From positions 160,001-224,000 of IMG/VR virus record IMGVR_UViG_3300038679_000051: a stretch of DNA of 64,000 bases. One strand, 5' to 3'. Positions within the stretch are counted from its first letter, which is position 1, and the number at the start of each line of letters is the position of its first letter. The stretch is from a virus. Taxonomy: Duplodnaviria > Caudoviricetes. Shown here piece after piece: positions 28,072 to 38,591 of the stretch. The notes beneath the pieces are model-generated. The model was given only the letters and a program-made list of their open reading frames with translations. It ran no database searches and was not told the origin of the DNA. The translations under genes were made by a program, and so were the position numbers.

Positions 28072-28417
28072 TTGGATAGACAATATGATCGATGTCATAG
28101 GTGATGATGTTACCGTTGATGTCATTAAATTCATAAAAGACAACAGGAATGTGATATCGAGGCTTGGCTCTGATGGGTTTAGACAGATACTTGAAATGAT
28201 AAAGGTTGGCAAGGAATCGGACGCGAGGATAATGTTGCTGAAGTCGATGGACAATTGGGAATTGATTGATGTTATGAATCAAACTGCAGAGGCATTGATT
28301 GCCTCTGCAAAATTTAAAATAGAATTTAATCAATTTCTGCTAGATTTGTTTGTTCAGATCGGTAAATCAGTCGCTACTAAGCTGTTGTTCTTTTTTCTTT
28401 CTCAGATTAGGGGATGA
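28052..28417 (+). CDS. hypothetical protein
   Basis: 121-aa ORF. Confidence 0.65.
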   Translation: MEIMMNNWIDNMIDVIGDDVTVDVIKFIKDNRNVISRLGSDGFRQILEMIKVGKESDARIMLLKSMDNWELIDVMNQTAEALIASAKFKIEFNQFLLDLFVQIGKSVATKLLFFFLSQIRG

Positions 28418-28420
28418 TCA

Positions 28421-28663
28421 ATGAAATTGTCAATAATGGAAACAATGTCACCTAGTGAGGCAATATATGGATTTCTTGGGTGGTTGACGACTAGACCAGA
28501 AGTGACCAAATTTGGGGGTGCCTGTGATTGTGCTCCTGCTGCTCAACTTGCTGATAAGTGGTGCAAAGAGAATGATTTAGATGAACCAACTGATGTATTT
28601 CCAGACAACATAAAACATCCGAAGTCCGAACCTGGGTCCAAAATAAAAGGAGAAGAGAAATGA
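28421..28663 (+). CDS. hypothetical protein
   Basis: 80-aa ORF. Confidence 0.65.
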   Translation: MKLSIMETMSPSEAIYGFLGWLTTRPEVTKFGGACDCAPAAQLADKWCKENDLDEPTDVFPDNIKHPKSEPGSKIKGEEK

Positions 28664-29163
28664 AAAAGATTTTGTCTGTGGTGGTTTTGGCGTTGATGTT
28701 AGCCAGCGTTGGTTGTGCGCCCCCGAAACCAGAAGACCAGAAAAAGATTGTGGATATAATTAGAATATCATCTAAAGCAGCCACTAAGGTTGGATTTGAT
28801 TATTTCGACAAGAAAGATCATAAGGCGGCAGTCAAGACTGCAGATGAAGTCAATAAAGCAATTGTTGAGGTGGTGTTGCCATATCTAAATGGTGAGGCAG
28901 TGACTGTGGCGAGTTTTGTGGTTAGTGAGATGCTACAAGAGAAATTTTTTGATAAATTAGATGTTGAAATCAAATTGGCTATTATTTCTGCTGCTACTAT
29001 CTTAGATATTTATATCTCTCCACCAGATCCAACTAAGAAATTAACGAAGGAAGAATTGGATTATATGAAGGCTTTCTTTGAGGGCGTTGCGTCTGGGACG
29101 GATGGATTTGGCAATAAATTGAACGTAACTGAGAGACAGCAACATTCACGATGGTTTAAATGA
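28660..29163 (+). CDS. predicted lipoprotein
   Basis: MKKILSVVVLALMLASVGC lipobox. Confidence 0.75.
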   Translation: MKKILSVVVLALMLASVGCAPPKPEDQKKIVDIIRISSKAATKVGFDYFDKKDHKAAVKTADEVNKAIVEVVLPYLNGEAVTVASFVVSEMLQEKFFDKLDVEIKLAIISAATILDIYISPPDPTKKLTKEELDYMKAFFEGVASGTDGFGNKLNVTERQQHSRWFK

Positions 29164-29171
29164 GGTGAAAT

Positions 29172-29399
29172 ATGGGATGTGGATGTGGTGGTAAAAAACG
29201 CCAAATACCAAATGCTTCAAATTCTGCAAACGCCTATAATCCACGACCACAAACAACACAAACAACTGTAACCCAACAGAGATGCCCAAAATGTTCTTGG
29301 CCGACGAGAAAATTTAATCATTATGACCACAAACTCAAGACGTTTGTAAATACTTTTGTGTGTTCTAATACGTCTTGTAGACAGAGGTTGACAAAATGA
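29172..29399 (+). CDS. small Cys-rich protein
   Basis: MGCGCGG, CPKC, CSNTSC; GAGG SD. Confidence 0.7.
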   Translation: MGCGCGGKKRQIPNASNSANAYNPRPQTTQTTVTQQRCPKCSWPTRKFNHYDHKLKTFVNTFVCSNTSCRQRLTK

Positions 29400-29836
29400 T
29401 TACAATTATTTGTTGGGTGGCTGCCGTGGCGTATGTCGAGGCGGTAACTGAGATATTGTTGACTGGCAACATCTTTAGTAATCAGCGGCATTGGTTATTA
29501 AATAGATCAAATGAACCATTTGCATGGTATGAAAAGGGACCATATAAATGGTTCATTTGTTTTGTTGCCGAATTGGCGACGTGTGGTCACTGTTTGTCCG
29601 TATGGGTTGCTGGCACGATATTTTGGGCATTGCCATTAACTTTAACAGATTATGAGATCGTAGATTATGCCATCAAGTTATTCTTTTTACATAGGATGTC
29701 GAACGTTCTTCACGAACTTTTGTCAAGGTGGTTCAATCGAATTCCATTTAATTTAGTTATAACTAAAATTGAAAACACTCAGAGTATTTTAAAAGATGAG
29801 ATAGGAGAAACCAAAAATGACGAGCAAAACGAATAA
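29396..29836 (+). CDS. membrane protein (DUF1360-like CxxCxSVW motif)
   Basis: CGHCLSVW plus hydrophobic segments. Confidence 0.6.
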   Translation: MITIICWVAAVAYVEAVTEILLTGNIFSNQRHWLLNRSNEPFAWYEKGPYKWFICFVAELATCGHCLSVWVAGTIFWALPLTLTDYEIVDYAIKLFFLHRMSNVLHELLSRWFNRIPFNLVITKIENTQSILKDEIGETKNDEQNE

Positions 29837-30275
29837 GATTGAACCAATCAACATTACGTGTCTGGGTGACATCAAACGAGTCATAAATAAATTTAACACC
29901 GGATCAGTTGGTGAGACGAAATTATCTACTGAAGTGTCTTATGAACAAGATGGAAAACCAATCAAAGAATTAGTCGAAGCAATTGTTCATAATACTTCGC
30001 CTAGAGCGATGTTGATCGAGGGTCTTGAGATAGTCAAAAAGAGAATTGATTTTCAGACAGCCAGCAGAGAATTATATGACCAAATAGAATCATCTCATTG
30101 GAAATCAAGCAATTTATTTGATATGGACATAAACAAGACGTTCTTCTGGGTCGATTCGTTGATTAAAAATCGTCTCGGTGGAGTTAGATATAATTTGTGC
30201 GTTAGGTGGTCCATTAAAGATGAGACATATGAATGGGATCCGTTTACGGGTGATCTAAGGGAAATAAAGAAATGA
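29817..30275 (+). CDS. hypothetical protein
   Basis: 152-aa ORF. Confidence 0.7.
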   Translation: MTSKTNKIEPINITCLGDIKRVINKFNTGSVGETKLSTEVSYEQDGKPIKELVEAIVHNTSPRAMLIEGLEIVKKRIDFQTASRELYDQIESSHWKSSNLFDMDINKTFFWVDSLIKNRLGGVRYNLCVRWSIKDETYEWDPFTGDLREIKK

Positions 30276-30568
30276 ATGGGTTTACATATGCACAATATTT
30301 GCCGATTGCCGATTGGCGTCCGATTGTTGGTGATTTCGTGATATGGCACGGGTGGTTTACGCATTGGTTTGGATATGTGACGTCGATAGACAATAAAGGA
30401 TGTCTATCGATAGTTAAGTCGGGATTGCCGACGTTATTGATGAGGATGAATCAGACTGACATGATTAGAAACACAATTAAAATGAATATGTTTAAGATAA
30501 TGGAGTCGAAACATGGCGGATACGCAGCAATACAATTATCACGCGGATCAATAGTGTGGTACATATGA
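30272..30568 (+). CDS. hypothetical protein
   Basis: 98-aa coupled ORF. Confidence 0.7.
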   Translation: MNGFTYAQYLPIADWRPIVGDFVIWHGWFTHWFGYVTSIDNKGCLSIVKSGLPTLLMRMNQTDMIRNTIKMNMFKIMESKHGGYAAIQLSRGSIVWYI

Positions 30569-31050
30569 TTCCAACCCCGTTGCCATATCCAATATTTAGT
30601 ACGATCACTGAGTTACATGATAAGGCTTTGGTTTATGTGGTAAAGAAATATGAAATGTCGGGCATAAGCATAATTGCATCTAGAGTAAGTGAGGGATTTA
30701 TGATCAGGGTTGCTGATTGGGTTGGAAATCTTATAGATCCGACTCCATCAGATGACATAAATAAAATTTTGTTAATAATTAAACATGCGAGAATAGCACA
30801 ATCACAATGGTATTTCAGTGGTGGTAAATTAGTTGACATTAGGAAATCAATTGATTCATTTGTGGGTCCAGGGATGTTACGAGATTTATGTGGCAAGGTT
30901 TTTGATACGCAGGAGGTCATTGAGATAGGTGAATTTGGTTCAATCAAAACCAAATCAGAATTGAAAGGATCAATCATTAAACCGGCCAGATTTAGAACGA
31001 TCGCAAAAGACGATGAATTAATCCCATTATATGGCATATTAGGAGATTGA
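30556..31050 (+). CDS. hypothetical protein
   Basis: 164-aa ORF; GSIIKP weakly ligase-like. Confidence 0.65.
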   Translation: MVHMIPTPLPYPIFSTITELHDKALVYVVKKYEMSGISIIASRVSEGFMIRVADWVGNLIDPTPSDDINKILLIIKHARIAQSQWYFSGGKLVDIRKSIDSFVGPGMLRDLCGKVFDTQEVIEIGEFGSIKTKSELKGSIIKPARFRTIAKDDELIPLYGILGD

Positions 31051-31577
31051 TAATGCTGATTGTGATGGGTGGTCTGCCAAAGTCAGGCAAAACAATCATA
31101 GCAAATCATATCGCAAACAAATTTGGTGCGACATTATTTGGCGTTGACCATCTTTTACCAGAGAACATTGATCAATTTCCAGAAGATGAACAGAAAGAAA
31201 TTAGATTATATGCTTGGAAACAATGTCACAGTTCTACGATCAAATTTTGTTCAAATAAGAAGAAATCACGCGAAATCGCAATTTATGACACTGCGGGTAG
31301 TAGCGTAATGATATTGGAAGAGATTAAGAGATTGTGTTCGATATATGATCATGGCATGGTATATGTGTACGTTCATGATACCATGGAACGTTGTCACAAA
31401 AGAGGAGTTGATAAGAAATTATTAAATGATTATTTTGAGAAATTTATGGTGGTATTGAAACGTTTTCGTGATTGCGTAGAGATAATTAAAAATAGTGGGA
31501 CGCCGGACCATTTTGTGTCCTCTGGAGAGGAATTATGTCAAAGATTGAGTTCGAAAATCCAAATGATTTCGCAGTAA
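31047..31577 (+). CDS. P-loop kinase (AAA_33/PNK-like)
   Basis: GGLPKSGKT Walker A, IYDT, ERCHKR lid. Confidence 0.8.
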   Translation: MIMLIVMGGLPKSGKTIIANHIANKFGATLFGVDHLLPENIDQFPEDEQKEIRLYAWKQCHSSTIKFCSNKKKSREIAIYDTAGSSVMILEEIKRLCSIYDHGMVYVYVHDTMERCHKRGVDKKLLNDYFEKFMVVLKRFRDCVEIIKNSGTPDHFVSSGEELCQRLSSKIQMISQ

Positions 31578-34486
31578 CTCTCGCTGGTCCAAACGGTCGT
31601 CAACTTACAGTCGGCGGCCGTGGGAGGGTTCTGTTGGATGATTGGTGGATGAGATATAGCCCACAACATTTACGGGTAATCAAGGAATCAAATGCTGGGA
31701 TTAGGGTAGTCTCGTCAATGAAAATGCAAACAATTAAACCTAACATAGTCAGACCAAACATTCAGAATCTACCAGTCGCCAACAAAATCGCCTTGAGGAA
31801 TCAAGACCAAAATCGGAAACTCAATGCAGTACAGCAGAGGCGTGCACAATTGATAGACAAGAAAAGAGTTGGTAGGTCAGTATACGTCAATGAGCAGTCT
31901 ACGAAACATTACATTGAAGTAATTTCTAAACTAAATCAATTCGTTCCATCGTTTTCGAGCAATATTGGGGTCGGAATATTGAGTTATAATAGATTGGATT
32001 GTGTAAAGAGATTGTTGTCATCAATTAGAATGCATACTGACCTGTCAAAAGTTACAATTTTTATCAGTGATGAGTCCACCAATCACGTGGTCAAGGATTG
32101 GTTGCGGGAACAGAATGACATAACATTAATTGACAATCAGGTGAAACTTGGGGTTGCTGGTAATAGTAACAGATTATTGAAATGTTTATCTAGATTTAAA
32201 TACAAAATTTTATTGAATGATGATGTAGAAATATTGAATGATGGATGGGAGAAATTTTATTTTGATGCCATGATTAGAACAGGAATGCACCATTTTTGTT
32301 ATAGGCAGGCTGGTGTATATGGTGCCAATTTAGCTGATGCTAAACGCATGAGGGTGAATGATACCATAGTAAACAAAATCGACAAAAAGCCACATGGTGC
32401 AGTCATGGCTTTTGATCAACTGTGTTTTGAAAAGGTAGGATATTTTGATGAAGGTTTCAATCCTTACGGTATGGAGCATGTTGATTGGTCTAATAGAATT
32501 CATTACGCAGGGCTTCAGCCAAGTGGATATTATGACGTCAATGGCTCGGAGAGATTTTTTAAAATCCATCATGAACGATCTGCTTCTGAGGACAGAAGTG
32601 CAATGTTGGCAAAATCGAATGGCATATTCAAAACTGTTTCTGCAGATAGGAATAGGATTTATATAGATAGCAACGTGATGGTTCCAAGCATGAGCGTAAT
32701 AGTGCCATTTCGTGGTATTGATAGAGCGAAAGCAATCAGAACGGTAGTAGAAAATCTTCGTTGTCAATTGTTTCCGGTATTGGAAATACTGGTGATAGAA
32801 CAAGATGAAATTTCTAGATTGAATCCAGCGGACATATATCCAGCAAAATTGATGCATTGTCCAAACAATCCTGGTAGACAATTTTGTAAATCGGCGGCGT
32901 TCAATATGGGGGTGATGAATGCTAGCCATGATTTGTTGATCCTACATGATGCCGATATGGTAGTGCAAATTAATTATGCCAAGTTGATATATGATAAGTT
33001 ACAGAAATCAGAAGCATGTCATATAGGTAAAGATGTTGCCTATTTTGATCATATGACGACCGAGACGATTTATAATCGTGGGATGTCTTTTAATAATATT
33101 GATGATGTGGTGTGTGAACGGACAGTGAATTATTTTGAGGGTGGATCTTTGGCACTTCACAAGGGGACATATCTTAGGATTGGTGGGTTTAATGAGGATT
33201 TTATTGGATATGGGTGTGAGGATTGTGAATTTTTTCGAAGATTAAAAAGCCAATCTAAATTTGACGATGAGAGGACGGTTACTTTATTTCATCTGTGGCA
33301 TGGACGGACTGCTGGATGGGATGGATGTCATAAGACTAACAAACGGAAATGGACTGCCTTCGAATCAAAACCAATGGTCGAGAGAATTTCGCAATTGACG
33401 AATCAATTATCGAAGTGGAAGGGAAAAGTTGCACCATTGGAATGTGTCACTAATTTCGATTCAATAAACATGCAGGAATTAAAGGTCGGGGGCGTGTTGT
33501 GTTGTGGCCCAGATGGTGGTGCGTTTAAATATTATACGGATGGGATTGGGAATGCGTTTAAAGAATTAGGCATTAGATTTCATCAATGGGATGGTAAGGA
33601 TGAATCGATCATAAAAGAGTTGCAACCAAGATTATATATAGCATGTTCAGAGGCATGGCAACATAATTATCCGGAATGGGCCAGAAAGGAATATGACACA
33701 AAGGTTATCATTCATGTTAATCCATATGGCATCACCAAAATAGGTAGCGTCGATGGTGGACCAGTCATCGACGCTAAAGACAAGGACATAAAATGGGTCA
33801 TTTCACAGAAACCACATAGCGTGTTCTGCTATGCTATGAATGAGACAATTGATAATTATTATAATTATTGGCAGAACAGACATGGTTTCAAGACTTATGC
33901 GATGCCACTTGCTGCTGATCATGTTTTATATGGAATGGGTAGTGACGTTGAGAGATTCAAATTCGACGTTGGATGGATAGGTGGAATGTGGCCTTATAAA
34001 CAAAAAATGATGGACGTATATTTAAATCCACTTCGCAATAAATATAAATGTGGTTTTTATGGGTGGAATAATGCGTGGGGAATGGGGACAATATCTAATG
34101 ATGATTCAAAACATTTATTTAAGAGTTGTAAAATTTGTCCATCAGTGTCTGAATCACATTCAGTGCAACACCCGATAGACATACCTGAGAGAGTCTATAA
34201 AGTGCCGTGTGCTGGCGGTTTTACCATTCACACTCCCACTAAGGCAATTGCGTCAATGGGATTATCTGATGTCATACCAGTCGCGGCGGATGCAAATGAT
34301 TGGTTCCAAATGATTCATCATTATATGACTAATGATGACGAACGGATTGATCTTGCATTGAAACAAAGAAGCGCAATCCTTGGTGGACATACATATCTGC
34401 ATCGTATAACGAATCTAATTAATGAATTTTATCCAGAGATGATCAACGTACTAGACGAGAAAAAATCATTACTCATCAATGGATAG
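31535..34486 (+). CDS. multidomain glycosyltransferase (GT2 + GT2/GT7-like + CgeB-like GT-B)
   Basis: ILSYNR...LLNDDV; IVPFR...LHDAD...GGFNEDFIGYGCED; ERVYKVPCAGGF. Confidence 0.85.
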   Translation: MSKIEFENPNDFAVTLAGPNGRQLTVGGRGRVLLDDWWMRYSPQHLRVIKESNAGIRVVSSMKMQTIKPNIVRPNIQNLPVANKIALRNQDQNRKLNAVQQRRAQLIDKKRVGRSVYVNEQSTKHYIEVISKLNQFVPSFSSNIGVGILSYNRLDCVKRLLSSIRMHTDLSKVTIFISDESTNHVVKDWLREQNDITLIDNQVKLGVAGNSNRLLKCLSRFKYKILLNDDVEILNDGWEKFYFDAMIRTGMHHFCYRQAGVYGANLADAKRMRVNDTIVNKIDKKPHGAVMAFDQLCFEKVGYFDEGFNPYGMEHVDWSNRIHYAGLQPSGYYDVNGSERFFKIHHERSASEDRSAMLAKSNGIFKTVSADRNRIYIDSNVMVPSMSVIVPFRGIDRAKAIRTVVENLRCQLFPVLEILVIEQDEISRLNPADIYPAKLMHCPNNPGRQFCKSAAFNMGVMNASHDLLILHDADMVVQINYAKLIYDKLQKSEACHIGKDVAYFDHMTTETIYNRGMSFNNIDDVVCERTVNYFEGGSLALHKGTYLRIGGFNEDFIGYGCEDCEFFRRLKSQSKFDDERTVTLFHLWHGRTAGWDGCHKTNKRKWTAFESKPMVERISQLTNQLSKWKGKVAPLECVTNFDSINMQELKVGGVLCCGPDGGAFKYYTDGIGNAFKELGIRFHQWDGKDESIIKELQPRLYIACSEAWQHNYPEWARKEYDTKVIIHVNPYGITKIGSVDGGPVIDAKDKDIKWVISQKPHSVFCYAMNETIDNYYNYWQNRHGFKTYAMPLAADHVLYGMGSDVERFKFDVGWIGGMWPYKQKMMDVYLNPLRNKYKCGFYGWNNAWGMGTISNDDSKHLFKSCKICPSVSESHSVQHPIDIPERVYKVPCAGGFTIHTPTKAIASMGLSDVIPVAADANDWFQMIHHYMTNDDERIDLALKQRSAILGGHTYLHRITNLINEFYPEMINVLDEKKSLLING

Positions 34487-34786
34487 AGTTTCAGCGATTT
34501 GTCGTCGGAATTGTTCAAACAACCATTTCGACAACTTGGCCGCTTCCAGTATTTCGCCTCTATAGGCGAGCATTGGTTGATTCGTTTTGGGGTCAATGAT
34601 GACGATTGCCGATAACTTGATCTCATTGCTATCTAAATGTTTATATAAAGGGATCATCAATTCCTTGAACCTGGTTTCATATGCCTTTTCGGCATCTTTT
34701 TGTAATTCTTCTGGGTTCTTCGTGGTTACGTCTTGGGTTGGTTGCTCCGGCGTTCTTTTTATTTCTTTTTTTGTCTCTTTTTTCAT
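34469..34786 (-). CDS. hypothetical protein
   Basis: 105-aa ORF with AAGGAG SD. Confidence 0.7.
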   Translation of the reverse strand: MKKETKKEIKRTPEQPTQDVTTKNPEELQKDAEKAYETRFKELMIPLYKHLDSNEIKLSAIVIIDPKTNQPMLAYRGEILEAAKLSKWLFEQFRRQIAETLSIDE

Positions 34787-34801
34787 GCGTTTCTCCTTTA
34801 A

Positions 34802-34829
34802 AGATTGAATACTTATAAGTATTCAATCT
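34802..34829. promoter_or_regulatory. perfect 28-bp palindrome between divergent genes
   Basis: agattgaatacttataagtattcaatct; carries GTATT on both strands. Confidence 0.65.
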
Positions 34830-34832
34830 ATA

Positions 34833-35459
34833 ATGGATATGACGGATGAGAAAATTCAAACGATTTATGGGTGGTATGTTGATGCTCTAAAGAGAAATGG
34901 TGCCCACCCTAATGTTCCTAAGAAAACTGATCTTAAAAAGACATATGTATGGCGAGCAATTACGAAGTTTGCAAACAAGACGGCTGGCTGGGGCATCAGC
35001 GATGAATTATCAAAGAAATTAATATATGAAGTAGTGACCTTCTCGATGAAGAGAAAAAACAAATCAGCTTTATTGATGAGCGACGCAGTGCTTAAAAAGT
35101 GTCTTAATTTTATGATTGATAGAATGAAAGCACAAGAGGAAGCAATGGAGCGTTTAAGAAAATCCAAAAGATTCCTAGACAAAAACGAAAAATTGTTGTT
35201 AATGAAAGAACGTGACGGAGGTTGGCCCAACATCGTAGTGTGGCATAGATCTGGTGATTTATCATTGTCATGTCTAGCATTATCAAGACGATGTGGACAT
35301 ATAATGAAGCAAATGTCAGAAATCGATAGACGAAATTTACCTGATTTAGATAGAATTAATAAGATACGCATTAAGTATCTTATAAATGATGAGATGTCAG
35401 AATGTTGTCGCAAAACATTGGGTTCTGATTTGGTAACACCAAGGTGGGGGAAACAATGA
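34833..35459 (+). CDS. hypothetical protein
   Basis: 208-aa ORF. Confidence 0.75.
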   Translation: MDMTDEKIQTIYGWYVDALKRNGAHPNVPKKTDLKKTYVWRAITKFANKTAGWGISDELSKKLIYEVVTFSMKRKNKSALLMSDAVLKKCLNFMIDRMKAQEEAMERLRKSKRFLDKNEKLLLMKERDGGWPNIVVWHRSGDLSLSCLALSRRCGHIMKQMSEIDRRNLPDLDRINKIRIKYLINDEMSECCRKTLGSDLVTPRWGKQ

Positions 35460-38400
35460 TCGATAGATTTGCCACTTCCGTTGGTACAGATCCATTCTCA
35501 TTATGTGATTGGGTTATGACTGAAGTAAGAATTAAAGATCATCGTACTGGTGCGGATGTTTTTTATCTGCCTAAAGCGGAAGTCCCAACGCATTGGTCTA
35601 AAAATGCGGCGCAGATATGCGTATCAAAATATTTTAGAATGACTGATATTCCAAACGCGACGACACCTATTGCTGAAGATGGTGTACCAAATTGGTTATG
35701 GCGTAGGGCAGCGAATGCAAATAATGTGACATATGGCAGTGAAACGAGCGTTAAACAGGTTCTCCATAGAATAACAGGATATTGGACATATTGGGGATGG
35801 AAGTATGGATATTTTGGGGATGAATTAGAAGCAAGAACATTTTACGATGAATGTGTCTATGCTATGGTGATGCAATGGATGGCACCGAATACTCCTGTGT
35901 TCTTCAATGCTGGTCTGTATTGGGCATATGGCATACAAGGCAATAAGAAGGGTATGTGGCGTTGTGATCCAAAGACTGGCGTAGCTTATGAAACTGATGA
36001 TTTTTTTACGCATGCCGGGACCCATGCTTGTCATATATTGTCTTTAAGTGATACATTGTTAGAAGAAGGTGGAATATATGACAATTTATCGGTAGAAGCA
36101 CGAGCATTTGCCACTGGTGGTGGTGTTGGATCAAATTTCTCAAACATAAGATCATCTGGTGAATTGTTGAGTACTGGTAATAGAGCGACTGGATTGATGT
36201 CCTTCTTAAAAGTGTTTGATAGGTCGGCTGGTGTTATAAAGAGTGGGTCGAATAGCCGTCGTGCTGCAAAAATGGTAATTATTGATATTGACCACCCAGA
36301 GATTGAGGAATTTATAGATTGGAAGGCGAATGAAGAAAAGAAAGTAGATGCATTAATATCAGCAGGATATGACAATGATTATGAAGGCGAAGCTTATCGA
36401 ACCGTTTCAGGACAAAACTCAAATAATTCAGTCAGAATATCAAATAAATTCATGAAGACATTGAACGAAGACAAAGATTGGCAATTGACGTCTAGAACGG
36501 GTGGCGATGCAGTAAAAGAAATTAAGGCTGTTGATTTATGGAATAAAATCTTAAAAGCGGCTTGGCGATGTGGCGATCCAGCCGTACAATTTGATGATAC
36601 GTTTAATGATTGGAATACGTGTCCGAATGATGGGAGAATTAGGGGTACCAATCCATGCTCTGAATATTCTGGATTAGATAACACATCATGCAATTTAGCA
36701 TCCATTAATCTACAGAAGGTGGTTGACAGTGATTTGAACGTGGACATCGATAAATTGCGGCATGTTTGCCGATTATTGGTCGTAGCGCTGGATATCAATA
36801 ACATAGCTGCACAATTGCCATCTAAGAAATTAGCTGAGGGAGTTTATAAATATAGATCGATTGGCATTGGACATACTGGGATTGGTGCAGTCTTAATGAG
36901 AGCTGGGATGTCTTATAGTTCGCAGACATCATGTAATTTTGCCGCTGCAGTCACTTCATTAATGACTGCATATGCATATGAGATGAGCAATGAATTGGCG
37001 GGTAAATTAGGGTCATTTCCGCGTTATGATCATAACAAAGACGCAATGATGTCAATTATCGCAAAACACGCCGAATTATCCTGTGGATGTAAATCGCATT
37101 TTTATTATTCGATAACACATCGATTACTTGACAGTAAATTGAGTGATGCATTATGTATATGGACTAAATTGAAAGGACTTGACGGTTTCAGAAATTCATT
37201 TGTCACCCTGATTCAACCATCTGGTACGATAGGTTTGTTGATGGATTGCGACACATTGGCTGTTGAACCGGATTATTCACTAATTAAACATAAGAGATTG
37301 TCCGGCGGTGGAAGTATGAAAATAGTAAATGAGGGCGTCAGGGAAGCATTGCAGAAATTGCAATATGATGATTGTCAAGTTAGGGAAATGATGTTATGGA
37401 TGCTTGGACATGGTACGATTAAGAGTGCGCCACACATAAATGCAAATTCATTGCATGAAATGGGTGTGACGATAGAGGATCTTGATAAAATTGATGCTGC
37501 CGCAAAAAGTGCAATTGAACTTAGACATATTATGGAATTGTCGAATGTCAGCAAAAAGAATGTCGGCATCGAAATGAAATTCAGTGGTAACATATTTAAG
37601 AGACTTAATTTTACTAAAGAACAATATAAAGAGGCGAATGGATGGATATGCGGACATGGGACGCTTGAGGGCGCACCACATATAAAACCAGAACATTTGT
37701 GCGTATTCGATTGTGCGAACGTCAATGGTGATGGCCAAAGATCCATTTCATGGCAAGCACATGTTGCGATGATGGCAGCTGTCAGTCCATTTATATCAGG
37801 GTCAATAAGTAAGACGGTGAATATGCCGAATGATGCTACAGAAAAGGATCTCAATGATGTCTTCATTAAGTCGCATTTAAGCGGCATAAAATGTATATCC
37901 ATATATCGAGATGGTTGCAAACGATCACAGCCACTTAATAATCCATTGGATTTGACTTGGTGGGATCCGCCTATAGAAGATAAGATTTATTTCCGTGGAC
38001 AACGCAAGAAACCACCAAAACGGAGACTAGGCATTATCGAGGAAGCAACGATAAATGATGCAGGGAAACATTATAAATTGTGGGTACAATTCTTCGAATA
38101 TGAAGACGGTGCATTGTGTGAGATATGGATCGACATTAGTAAGGAGAATCCTCATTATAAACTTGCGTTAAAGTGGTGGGCAAGAGCTTTGTCAAATGCG
38201 ATCCAATATGGACAACCTCTCGATGAAATTGGCTCTAGTTTTCTGTTTGAGGAGGGTGGTCCATCGGGTCCTACTGATCATAAATATATAACATATTGTA
38301 AGTCGATACCGGATTTCGTTATGAAATTAATGGCCATGCATTATTTAGGTGACACCAATTGGTGTCGCATTAAACCACCGATTAGTGAATTGCGTTGCAG

Positions 38401-38578
38401 AATGGATCGATCAATTAAATATTCCACTGGCATCACTAAATCTGAAATGGCACCAAAAAGAATGAAAATAAGCAACACTGACATCACTAAGTGCGATAAA
38501 TGTGGTGGGGCTGTGAGTCTATGGCCCTGTCCGACATGTACTGAGTGTGGATATCAATCAAAAGGGTGTAATCCATAA
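35456..38578 (+). CDS. nrdJ: class II (B12-dependent) ribonucleotide reductase
   Basis: PNTPVFFN, HACHI, GTNPCSEY, QPSGTIG, SGSISKTVN, C-terminal TSCPD-like domain and Zn ribbon. Confidence 0.93.
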   Translation: MIDRFATSVGTDPFSLCDWVMTEVRIKDHRTGADVFYLPKAEVPTHWSKNAAQICVSKYFRMTDIPNATTPIAEDGVPNWLWRRAANANNVTYGSETSVKQVLHRITGYWTYWGWKYGYFGDELEARTFYDECVYAMVMQWMAPNTPVFFNAGLYWAYGIQGNKKGMWRCDPKTGVAYETDDFFTHAGTHACHILSLSDTLLEEGGIYDNLSVEARAFATGGGVGSNFSNIRSSGELLSTGNRATGLMSFLKVFDRSAGVIKSGSNSRRAAKMVIIDIDHPEIEEFIDWKANEEKKVDALISAGYDNDYEGEAYRTVSGQNSNNSVRISNKFMKTLNEDKDWQLTSRTGGDAVKEIKAVDLWNKILKAAWRCGDPAVQFDDTFNDWNTCPNDGRIRGTNPCSEYSGLDNTSCNLASINLQKVVDSDLNVDIDKLRHVCRLLVVALDINNIAAQLPSKKLAEGVYKYRSIGIGHTGIGAVLMRAGMSYSSQTSCNFAAAVTSLMTAYAYEMSNELAGKLGSFPRYDHNKDAMMSIIAKHAELSCGCKSHFYYSITHRLLDSKLSDALCIWTKLKGLDGFRNSFVTLIQPSGTIGLLMDCDTLAVEPDYSLIKHKRLSGGGSMKIVNEGVREALQKLQYDDCQVREMMLWMLGHGTIKSAPHINANSLHEMGVTIEDLDKIDAAAKSAIELRHIMELSNVSKKNVGIEMKFSGNIFKRLNFTKEQYKEANGWICGHGTLEGAPHIKPEHLCVFDCANVNGDGQRSISWQAHVAMMAAVSPFISGSISKTVNMPNDATEKDLNDVFIKSHLSGIKCISIYRDGCKRSQPLNNPLDLTWWDPPIEDKIYFRGQRKKPPKRRLGIIEEATINDAGKHYKLWVQFFEYEDGALCEIWIDISKENPHYKLALKWWARALSNAIQYGQPLDEIGSSFLFEEGGPSGPTDHKYITYCKSIPDFVMKLMAMHYLGDTNWCRIKPPISELRCRMDRSIKYSTGITKSEMAPKRMKISNTDITKCDKCGGAVSLWPCPTCTECGYQSKGCNP

Positions 38579-38591
38579 AGTAGAGGGTGGA

